Positions 12,056 through 21,200 of a DNA stretch of 64,000 bases are shown piece by piece (position 1 is the first letter of the stretch; each line of letters begins with the position of its first letter). Below the pieces are notes generated by a model. The model was not told the origin of the DNA, made no database searches, and was given only the letters and a program-made list of their open reading frames with translations. Source of the stretch: an uncultured Deferribacteres bacterium (GTDB lineage Bacteria > Zhuqueibacterota > JdFR-76 > DREG01); the NCBI GenBank assembly GCA_913009825.1, contig CAJVYQ010000002.1, positions 82,675 through 146,674 of the forward strand, given 5' to 3'. The position numbers were made by a program, and so were the translations under genes.

Positions 12056-13180
12056 ATGCCAAACATCAATTTGTTGAACGGGAAAGATTTTTCTCGGGAA
12101 GTAGAAAAAATCGATCCGGATGCGGTCTCTTTTGAAGATTTTAAAGCTATGGAAGAGGAGCCTCCCAAAGTTGAAAAAGCGGCGGAAACGGCAGCCGAAA
12201 AAGTAGAAGAAGAAACCAGGCCGGAACCATTGCCGGTGGAGGAAGATACTTATTCCCGGTTCAGGGAGCATTCGTCAAATATGCCTCTGATTATCGGAAT
12301 CGTTACGGTGATCCTCGTTGCTATTCTGTTTGTGTTTCTTTATTCAAATTACAAATCCGGTGGAAAAGGAAAGACGGCTTCTTCTCAGCAACAGAAGCCG
12401 GCAGATACGACCGCTTCGGCTAATTTGCCCGGAACAGAATCACAGACAGGTTCGGAACAAACGACGACCCCAAAAGAAGTAGAAGTGAAACCGGGAAAAA
12501 CACAAACCCGGGAACAACCGGATATCAATCAGCCGGAAAAACAGATAGGGGCAACCCAAACCACAACCGTTTCTTTTCTTGGGTTATCCGCGGCCAGGGC
12601 AGCAGGAATGGCCGGCGCGTCTCTTCTTGGTGATGTCCAATCTGCGCTCATTCCCGGTATGGAACTACTTTTCTTCCGTTATAGCGGCGGTGTGTTTATC
12701 ACAGAAATTGCCGCCCCATCAGAGAATTTATTAACACAGTTCGAACATAACCTGAAAGCCAAAAACAGCGCAGCGAAAACGAAGATTCTCTCGGAAAGAG
12801 AAATGCTGGTTAACGGACAGGTGATGAAAATCCGCCAAATCAGCGGTAATTTGCCTGTTGGCGGCTCGGCTCCCTCTGCAACTCAAACGTTGGCTTCCGA
12901 ACGGATCAAGCGGGAATTTGGTGCAAAAGCCAGGCAATTCGGTTTAAAAACGGATCAGATAGAAATTTCTCCGGTGGTTGCATTGCAGGGAAGAAAATTG
13001 AAACTGGTTACGTTAAAAACTTCGGGTAGTCAGGAAAATATTTTAATTTTTGTTTTCGCTTTAATCAAAAGTTACGGCAATGTGGGGATTGACAAAATTA
13101 TGGTTTCCCGGTTGTCTCCGTCTCAAACAGACAATAGTCGTTTGATGGCCATATTGGATTTGGATATTTACTTAGATTGA
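12056..13180 (+). CDS. hypothetical bitopic membrane protein
   Basis: A GGGGAGG RBS precedes the ATG at 12056. An acidic N-terminal region is followed by one TM helix (LIIGIVTVILVAILFVFLY), a Q/T/S/P-rich linker and a C-terminal domain. The topology resembles PilN/PilO-like proteins. The call rests on position and topology. Confidence 0.3.
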   Translation: MPNINLLNGKDFSREVEKIDPDAVSFEDFKAMEEEPPKVEKAAETAAEKVEEETRPEPLPVEEDTYSRFREHSSNMPLIIGIVTVILVAILFVFLYSNYKSGGKGKTASSQQQKPADTTASANLPGTESQTGSEQTTTPKEVEVKPGKTQTREQPDINQPEKQIGATQTTTVSFLGLSAARAAGMAGASLLGDVQSALIPGMELLFFRYSGGVFITEIAAPSENLLTQFEHNLKAKNSAAKTKILSEREMLVNGQVMKIRQISGNLPVGGSAPSATQTLASERIKREFGAKARQFGLKTDQIEISPVVALQGRKLKLVTLKTSGSQENILIFVFALIKSYGNVGIDKIMVSRLSPSQTDNSRLMAILDLDIYLD

Positions 13181-13186
13181 TACAAA

Positions 13187-13750
13187 ATGCGCATAATTGC
13201 TGGCCACTGGAAAGGCTTTCATTTAGATGGCGGGCGATTTAAGGATGTAAGACCTTTAACAGACCGGATCAAAGAATCTCTTTTTGGCATTTTAGGGAAT
13301 GAGATTGAAGGGGCGATCATCCTGGATGTTTTTGCCGGCAGCGGTTCTTTTGGTCTGGAGGCGTTAAGCAGAGATGCAAAACAGGTTGTCTTTTGTGAAA
13401 AATCAACAGCGGTAACGGATTTAATTCAGAAGAATTTAAAAAAAACAAAGTGTGACAGAAGCAGATATCAAATCATTACTGCCGATGTTTTCAAAATTCT
13501 TCCACGTCTTGCCACTGGAGATATTTTTTTTGATGTTGTGTTTGCCGACCCTCCTTTTCGTTTGCCACAAAGTGAAAAATTTTTACATTCCCTTTCGAAA
13601 TTTGATATTCTGTCCCGGGAGGGAATTTTAATCTACAGGCATCATAAAATGGAGACAGCCCCGCAGAGAAGTGAAAAATATATTCTTTACCGGGAAAAGA
13701 TTTTTGGCGATTCTGTTGTCAAATTTTATCGAAAAGAGCACAATGAATAG
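13187..13750 (+). CDS. rsmD: 16S rRNA (guanine966-N2)-methyltransferase RsmD
   Basis: DVFAGSGSFGLEALSRDA and the FADPPF motif are present. The coaD partner gene overlaps its 3' end. Confidence 0.8.
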   Translation: MRIIAGHWKGFHLDGGRFKDVRPLTDRIKESLFGILGNEIEGAIILDVFAGSGSFGLEALSRDAKQVVFCEKSTAVTDLIQKNLKKTKCDRSRYQIITADVFKILPRLATGDIFFDVVFADPPFRLPQSEKFLHSLSKFDILSREGILIYRHHKMETAPQRSEKYILYREKIFGDSVVKFYRKEHNE

Positions 13751-14237
13751 AATAGCAATTTATCCGGGCACATTTGATCCGATTACAAACGGACACATTG
13801 ATATTATCGAGCGGGCTAGTCACCTGTTCCATCGTGTCATTGTCGCTATTGCCGTTAATCCCGCCAAACAGCCGTTGTTTTCAGTTGAAGAACGCCGGGA
13901 GATGATTCTCCAATCCACCCGGCAGATTAAAAATATGGAAGTGGATTTTTTTAACGGTCTTGTAGTCAATTATGCAGAAGCCAGGGGTGCCGTGGCTATT
14001 GTCCGGGGTTTACGGGCTGTGTCGGATTTTGAATATGAGCTGCAGATGGCGTTGATGAATCGAAAACTAAAAGAACAGGTTGTAACCGTTTTTTTGATGC
14101 CTCATGAACAAAACATCTATTTGAATTCTTCTATTGTGAAGGAGGTATTTTCTTTTGGTGGAGACATCTCATACTTGGTACCGGATGTTGTATTGAAAGC
14201 GTTGCAGGAAAAGATTCCCCGTAATTTAGATAAGTAG
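13743..14237 (+). CDS. coaD: phosphopantetheine adenylyltransferase
   Basis: MNRIAIYPGTFDPITNGHIDIIERA is the canonical CoaD N-terminus (T/HxGH motif). It overlaps the rsmD stop by 8 nt. Confidence 0.9.
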   Translation: MNRIAIYPGTFDPITNGHIDIIERASHLFHRVIVAIAVNPAKQPLFSVEERREMILQSTRQIKNMEVDFFNGLVVNYAEARGAVAIVRGLRAVSDFEYELQMALMNRKLKEQVVTVFLMPHEQNIYLNSSIVKEVFSFGGDISYLVPDVVLKALQEKIPRNLDK

Positions 14238-14269
14238 ATAATGGCTGCCGATTAAAAGTAAGGTATAAA

Positions 14270-15250
14270 ATGAATTTTATAGAAAACATACACAGTAAAG
14301 CACACAACCGGAAACGCACCATTGTATTACCGGAAGGTGAAGAAGAAAGAATGGTCAAAGCGGCCGGGATTATTCATGAAGAAAACCTGGCTGATTTAAT
14401 TTTGATCGGCCGTGAGAAAAAAATAAGAAATCAGGCGGATCAGTTGGGAGTGAATTTATCCGGCATGGAGATTCGCCGGCCGGAAGAGGATCCCAGGTTT
14501 CAGGAATATGCCGCCGCTTATTATGAACTTCGCAAAGAGAAAGGGATGACGTTAGAAAAAGCGAATAAAACCATGACCAATCCTTTGTTTTACGGAGCCA
14601 TGTTGGTGCGCCGGGGAATTGCCGCCGGAAGTGTCGCCGGGTCCATCAATACAACCGGTAATGTTTTGAAGGCAGCACTGCACCTCATCGGTCTGGAATC
14701 CGGGATTTCGGTGGTTTCCGGTGCATTCGCCATGGTCATCCCCGGTTGGGAAACGGTATTTACCTTTGCCGATAGCGCCGTTGTGCCGGACCCCACACCG
14801 GAGCAGTTAGCTGCTATTGCACGAACATCGGCGAAAACCCACCAACAGTTGACAGGCGAAGAACCGGTTGTTGCACTATTATCGTTTTCTACCATGGGTA
14901 GTGCGGACCATCCATTGGTTGACAAAGTGAAAGAAGCGTTGCAGATTGCCCAAGCAGCGGATCCCCAACTAAAAATTGATGGTGAATTACAATTGGATGC
15001 AGCCATCATTCCTGAGATTGGGAGAAAGAAGGCGCCGGAATCTGCCGTTGCCGGCAAAGCAAATGTGCTCATTTTTCCTGATTTGAATGCCGGAAATATT
15101 GGTTATAAATTAGTCAATCGATTTGCCGGGGCAGAAGCCATCGGTCCTATTGTTCAGGGATTACAAAAACCGGCCAATGACATTTCCCGTGGCTGCAGTG
15201 TCGACGATATTGTAAATGTTGTGTCCATTTGTTCATTGATGGCTAAATAG
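14270..15250 (+). CDS. pta: phosphate acetyltransferase (phosphotransacetylase, short form)
   Basis: 326 aa. IVLPEGEEERMVKAA and the C-terminal NIGYK..QGL..P.NDISRG motifs of the Pta/Ptb family are present. Confidence 0.8.
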   Translation: MNFIENIHSKAHNRKRTIVLPEGEEERMVKAAGIIHEENLADLILIGREKKIRNQADQLGVNLSGMEIRRPEEDPRFQEYAAAYYELRKEKGMTLEKANKTMTNPLFYGAMLVRRGIAAGSVAGSINTTGNVLKAALHLIGLESGISVVSGAFAMVIPGWETVFTFADSAVVPDPTPEQLAAIARTSAKTHQQLTGEEPVVALLSFSTMGSADHPLVDKVKEALQIAQAADPQLKIDGELQLDAAIIPEIGRKKAPESAVAGKANVLIFPDLNAGNIGYKLVNRFAGAEAIGPIVQGLQKPANDISRGCSVDDIVNVVSICSLMAK

Positions 15251-15260
15251 TGAGGTGAAT

Positions 15261-16454
15261 ATGAATTTTGCTCGACGGTTAGACAAAATTTTGCCATCGA
15301 AAACATTGTCTATTACCAATCGTGTCTTAGAGATGCGCAAAGCCGGAGAAGATATTATTAGTTTAGGTGCCGGAGAACCGGATTTTGCCACACCGGAACA
15401 TGTTAAACATGCGGCGATTGACGCGATAAACAAAGGTTTTACCAAATATACTGTTTCTACCGGCATTCCGGAACTGAAGGAAGCGATTGCGACAAAATTA
15501 AAAAAGGATAACAATATCGATGTAAACCCATCTCAAGTTATCGTTTCCTGCGGCGGGAAATTTGCCCTTGCTGCTGCGGTTTTGGCCTTGTGTGAAGAAG
15601 GAGATGAAGTATTAATCCCTTCGCCGTATTGGGTAAGTTACCCGGAAATGGTTCGCCTAGCCGGGGCAAAGCCGGTCTTTGTGCCCACAAAAGCAGAACA
15701 ATGCTTTGCATTTGATTTTGATGAATTACAGCGGGCATTAACTCCCAAAACCAAACTGTTGATGTTCAACAATCCGGTCAATCCGTCCGGTGCGGTTTAC
15801 GATGAAAAAGTGACCGATAATTTGGCAGAGTGGCTGAAATCGACCAATATTTTGGCCTTAACCGATGAGATTTACGAGTCAATCATCTTCGATGATATCG
15901 CAATCCGTTCCCTCGCTTCTTACCCGGAAATTAAGGAACAGGTGATTACCGTGAATGGTGTCTCGAAGACTTACGCGATGACGGGTTGGCGCATTGGTTA
16001 TGCTGCCGGGCCGAAAAAAATCATTGCACAAATGGCCAAAATTCAGAGCCATACCACATCGAATCCTACATCGATTTCTCAATGGGCGGCGGTATCTGCA
16101 ATTTCCGGCGATCAATCTTTTGTTACGGAGATGAAAGCGGCATTTAAAAAAAGGCGGGATTTTGTTTATGATCGCCTGAATAAAATGTCCGGCCTAACAT
16201 GTACAAATGGGCTTGGCGCTTTTTATTTATTACCGGACGCTTCTTACTTTTTAAACCAGAGAACCGGTAAGGGTAAAATGAAAGATGTAGTGGAATTATG
16301 CCAATATTTGCTGGAAGAGTACAGAGTAGCCGTTGTGCCGGGGAATGCGTTTGGTGTTCCGAACCATTTTCGCATCTCTTTTGCTGCATCTATGGAACAG
16401 TTGTCGGAAGCGATGGATCGTATTCAGGCCGGCTTACATAATTTGGATTCATAA
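15261..16454 (+). CDS. aspC: aspartate/aromatic aminotransferase (class I PLP-dependent)
   Basis: About 397 aa. The fold-type I aminotransferase motifs are present, with NGVSKTYAMTGWRIGY holding the PLP lysine. Start taken as the ATG at 15261. Confidence 0.8.
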   Translation: MNFARRLDKILPSKTLSITNRVLEMRKAGEDIISLGAGEPDFATPEHVKHAAIDAINKGFTKYTVSTGIPELKEAIATKLKKDNNIDVNPSQVIVSCGGKFALAAAVLALCEEGDEVLIPSPYWVSYPEMVRLAGAKPVFVPTKAEQCFAFDFDELQRALTPKTKLLMFNNPVNPSGAVYDEKVTDNLAEWLKSTNILALTDEIYESIIFDDIAIRSLASYPEIKEQVITVNGVSKTYAMTGWRIGYAAGPKKIIAQMAKIQSHTTSNPTSISQWAAVSAISGDQSFVTEMKAAFKKRRDFVYDRLNKMSGLTCTNGLGAFYLLPDASYFLNQRTGKGKMKDVVELCQYLLEEYRVAVVPGNAFGVPNHFRISFAASMEQLSEAMDRIQAGLHNLDS

Positions 16455-16640
16455 AACAGAACATTAAAACATTTCTATATTTAAGTCGATATATTTTAAG
16501 AAATAGACCGGATGTGGAATGATTTTTGTAAAATTCTATTTGCTGTGTGCGTTTCTATTTAGAAACAGCCGGTAAACAGTCCATATTTTATCACTGGTTC
16601 AGGATGAAACAGGGGAAGTATCGACTTAAGGAGAAGCGTT

Positions 16641-17768
16641 ATGAATTATATAGAATTTCGTGATACAATTGTAGCATGGAATCGGGAATTTTTAATAGAA
16701 ACTGAATATAATGAAGAAATAAATGAAGTCACTGCCCGCGTTTCCGAAAACGAACATATCTTAAATACTTTCCATTTTCCGCTCCGTGAAAAACCTGAAA
16801 ATTCCGAATTGGAACAGATCGCTAAAAAAAATCATAAATCCATATTAGGCGATTGGGAACTCCTGTTTTATATTTATGCCAAAGTAAAAAAATCCAATCA
16901 CGCTTCTTCTCTTAATAAAATGGGCCAACTTTTATCTAAAAAGAACCTGATTCAGGAGGCCATCGATTGTTTTACCCAGGCAATCGTCCGGGATGAAAAA
17001 AATATCGATGCGTACATCAATCTTGGTAAAGCTTACATAAAAGCGGAATTTTATCCGGAAGCCGAGGATATTTTAACCCGGGTACTGGAGATGTCGCCGG
17101 AATATGCGGATATTCATCTTTATTTGGGAATTGCCCATCTTAAACGGCTTGATTTTCCCGATGCCGTCAATTGTTTGGAAAAAGCCCTGCAAATCAATCC
17201 CAAATACGATTTTTCTCACTTCATGATGGCGGTGGCTTATTTACTAAGTATTGTCGATAAAGTGGATGCCTCGGAAATGATCCCGGTTTCCTTTCGTCAA
17301 AAGAAAATTTTAGGCCATCTGCAGAAAGCGATGGATCTCAATACTTATTTTGAACATGCGAATGTGCGCCAGGTGATGAAAGAAATTCATGATGAAAACT
17401 ACCAAAGCGCCGCAAATTTATTGGAGAGTGTGGAACAATCATTCGAACCAGAGAAAGACAATCATTACGATGAAGAATTTTATTTAAACTTTATGTTTGG
17501 CGGCAAAAGCAAAGATGATAAAATCATTTCCGATTATATCGATTTGCTGCACAGAAGAAGCCAGGATAAACCCAATTTTCCGGATATTCGAAATAATTTA
17601 GGCATTGCGTATCTGATTCAATGCCGGAATATGTTTTTAAAAGCGATAGAACAATTCCGCAAGGCGCTGAAGATAAATCCCAATTTCAAAGATGCCAAAA
17701 AGAATTTAAAGCTGGCTGAAAATGAAGGAAAGGGATTTATTATTTTATTGCGTGCGTTATTAAAATAA
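16641..17768 (+). CDS. TPR repeat-containing protein
   Basis: Several TPR units are recognisable (AIDCFTQAIVRDEKNIDAYINLGKAY..., AEDILTRVLEMSPEYADIHLYLGIAH..., AVNCLEKALQINPKY). Confidence 0.7.
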   Translation: MNYIEFRDTIVAWNREFLIETEYNEEINEVTARVSENEHILNTFHFPLREKPENSELEQIAKKNHKSILGDWELLFYIYAKVKKSNHASSLNKMGQLLSKKNLIQEAIDCFTQAIVRDEKNIDAYINLGKAYIKAEFYPEAEDILTRVLEMSPEYADIHLYLGIAHLKRLDFPDAVNCLEKALQINPKYDFSHFMMAVAYLLSIVDKVDASEMIPVSFRQKKILGHLQKAMDLNTYFEHANVRQVMKEIHDENYQSAANLLESVEQSFEPEKDNHYDEEFYLNFMFGGKSKDDKIISDYIDLLHRRSQDKPNFPDIRNNLGIAYLIQCRNMFLKAIEQFRKALKINPNFKDAKKNLKLAENEGKGFIILLRALLK

Positions 17769-17787
17769 ATGTTGGGAGGGAAAACAG

Positions 17788-18255
17788 ATGGTTAAAAAGT
17801 GTGTTTTATATTTTATATTATTTGTAGTCTCTGTTCCTTTATCGGGATTTGGCCAAAACAACGCGATAGACAGTTTAATTGTTCGCCCCCTCAGTTCAAA
17901 GGTCAACGCAAACACCTTGTATAAAATAACCTTTGTTTCTCCTGTAATGGTTCCGACCGATGCACAATTTATTTTAAGATTTCCGGATCAATTTGATCTA
18001 AGTCAATTGAATTTAGCGGGTTCAAGTAAAATTGACGGTGGATTTTTACTTATTAAAAAGGGACAACAAATAGTCGTGAAAAGGAGAGGAGAAGGCAATA
18101 TTATTGATCCGGGAAAAGCTCTTGATTTACTCCTGAGCGTTGTAAAAAATCCCGGTAAAAAAAGTACGGATTATCAATTACAATTTCAGATATTAAATAA
18201 TCAAGGTGTTTTTTTAACAGATAGTCAGACCGTTGCTGTTGCTATTGACCAATGA
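17788..18255 (+). CDS. small secreted protein, paralog of the N-terminal domain of the downstream giant protein
   Basis: It has a signal peptide. YKITFVSP...FILRFPDQFDLSQLNLAGSSKIDGGF aligns with YKFTFGIT...FSITFPSGFDASNVQIVGSTTMTGGF at the start of the 18300 ORF. Confidence 0.6.
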   Translation: MVKKCVLYFILFVVSVPLSGFGQNNAIDSLIVRPLSSKVNANTLYKITFVSPVMVPTDAQFILRFPDQFDLSQLNLAGSSKIDGGFLLIKKGQQIVVKRRGEGNIIDPGKALDLLLSVVKNPGKKSTDYQLQFQILNNQGVFLTDSQTVAVAIDQ

Positions 18256-18299
18256 AATTTATCATTTCGATGAAAAATTAATTTTGGAGCCTTTATAGA

Positions 18300-21200
18300 A
18301 TGTTCAATTTAAAAAAGTTCTTTACAAGCTTTTTTACTTATTTTTTTATAATTGGTTTTTCAACTGTTTTTGCCCAAATTGAAGCCATTAATACAGAGGC
18401 AGGTATAAGCACTAATTATAAATTTACATTTGGGATAACAGGCACTTTAGACCCATCAGCTACTTTTTCAATTACTTTTCCGTCCGGATTCGATGCGTCT
18501 AATGTTCAAATTGTTGGATCTACTACAATGACTGGTGGATTTACCAATATTGCAGCAACTGCTGGCACGGTAACTTTTATTCGAGATGGCACTGGAAATA
18601 ATGCAAGTGGCGGGGGGCATATTATTACAATCGGGATTGTTGAAAATCCCTCTACTTCTAAGATCACCGGAAATATATCATTTTCAGGTGCAAATAGTGG
18701 CGGGGCCGGCTTGGGAAGCGCAAGCCTTTCTAACACTGTCACAATAGCTCCCAGTTCTTTAAATTACTTTACCATGACAAGTGTTCCAGGCAGTGCAACC
18801 GCGGGAGCCACTTTTGACGGTGTTTTGGTTACGGCCAAAGATGTTTACAATAATGACAAAACAGATTACGCCGGCACCGTGAGTTGGAGCAGCACAGACG
18901 GCAGTGCAACGCTGCCGACGACAGGATTGACATTTTCGGGGGAGTCAAAGACGTTTAATGGTTTTGTATTGAAAACATCGGGCAGTCAAACAATTACGGT
19001 TACCGATGGTTCCATCAGCAAAGAGAGCAGTGTGATCACGGTGAGCGCAGCCGCGCCATCAAGTTTTAATATATCGAATCCGGGCACTCAGGTAGCGGGC
19101 AGCGGCTTTAGTTTAAGTATAACCGGAGCCGTAGATGCTTATGGGAATTCAGTAAGCGGCACTGCAACAGTCGCGTTTTCCGATGCCGGGGCACACGCAT
19201 CGCCCAATGCCACCTCGCCGACTATTACGAACATCACCGTAACCAATGGCAGCGGCAGCGCTACCCAGGTGTTGGTAAATGCGGAGAGCGGAGTGCAATT
19301 GCAGGCGACGTTAGGTAGTGTCTCGCAGTCAACAAATGCGTTTACGGTGAATGCAACGACGTTGAATGGTTATACATTGTCCAATCCCGGCAGCCAGACA
19401 GCAGGCACGGGATTTGATTTGACGATAACGGATGCGATAGATATTTATGGCAATGGAGTAGACGGCACCGCCACGGTAGAATTGTTACCGTCCGGGTCTC
19501 ATAATTCCCCGGATGGTTTTTCGCCGTCAGTTCAGAATATAGCCGTAACGGCCGCGAGCCCGGGAACGGGAAGCGCAGTCCAGATTTTATACAAGTCGGA
19601 GAACAATGTTCAGCTCCGCACCAGTATGGGGGGGATTCAACAGACGGGCGCTGCCTTTAATGTTGGCGTGAGCAGTTTATCTTATGTGAAAGTCTTAACG
19701 GATGCAAGTGGTAACACCGGAGAAGTTGGCGCGCAGACCTTAGGAGCGGGTAATACGCTAACGGTACATGCCGGCGGATTTGATGGCTATGGTAATTATA
19801 ATGTTGACGAGCCTGTAAGTTGGAGTGTCTCCGGCGGAATTGGGAATATGTCTCCGGCAAGTGGTACATCTTCAACTTTAACGGCAAGTACAGAGGGCAG
19901 CGGGTCGATCAAGGCAGACCATGCTGCCGCAACCGATGGAGTTAGTGGTACGATAACGGTAACGAAAGGAACATTGAGTTATGTTCGTGTAGTGGAGGGG
20001 TTGAGCGGAGCCGGTTCAGCCCTGGGTTCCCGAACCTTGACGGCAGGTCAATCGCTTACGGTTCATGCGGCGGGCTATGATGCGACGGACAATTATCTGG
20101 GAGATTACACGGTAAATTGGACGGTAAGTAATGGGATCGGTAGTTTCAGTTCCGGGAGCGGGGCAAGTACTGTATTTACTGCAGAAACGGTTGGTAATGG
20201 AGTGATCACGGCGCATCATTCTACGGCTACTGATGGCGCTTCAGGTACTATTACTGTGAATTATGGAACATTTAGCACATTCCAGGTAGCAGCGGATTTA
20301 AACGGAACAAATATTGGCAATAAAACAGCAGGGCAATCCTTTAACATTAGTGTTGTTGCAAAGGATGCCTATAATAATACGGTGCAAAATTTTACGAACA
20401 CAGCCAATCTTACTGATCTAACCGGAGATTTGAATACTACTACCGGTAATTTTGTTGAAGGTGCCTGGACAGGTCAAATAATAATAATGAAAAGTAAAAC
20501 GGGAAACACAATTACGGCCTCAAATTCTGGAAAAAGCGGCACATCAAATGCTTTCAATGTAGCCCCGGCATCGCTGGAACATTTTACGTTTGCCACCGTT
20601 TCAAGTCCGCAAACGGCGGGAACGGATTTTAGCGTGACAATTACAGCAAAGGATGTTTATGAAAACACCGTTACTTCCCACATGGCGGCGGCAAATTTAA
20701 GCGTAAACACAGGCGCCGGAACATTCAGTCCTACTACTACAGGCGGTTTTACCGCCGGCGTGTGGACAGGCAATATGACCGTTACCAAAGCGCAGACGGA
20801 TGTGAAAATCACGGTTAGCTACAGCAGTAAAAGCGGGCAGTCCAATTTGTTCAATGTAGGTTCGGGCGCGCTGTATCACTTTTCCATCGCTCCGGTCAGC
20901 AGTCCTCAAACTGCGGGCGCTCCGTTCAGTATTACCGTTACGGCGCAGGATGCCAACGATAATACGGTTACCGGTTTTTCCGGTACGGTAAATATAAGCA
21001 ATAAAACCGCGTCCATCAGCCCCGTCATCAGCGGGAATTTCAGTAATGGAATCTGGATTGGCAATGTGACGATCACACAAGTTAAAACATCCGATCGGAT
21101 CACCGTCTTGAGAACCGGAGGGGGAACGGAAACCGGCGTTTCCAACACATTTGATGTAACCACAACGGACATAGACCATTTTACCGTTGCCACTATCAGC

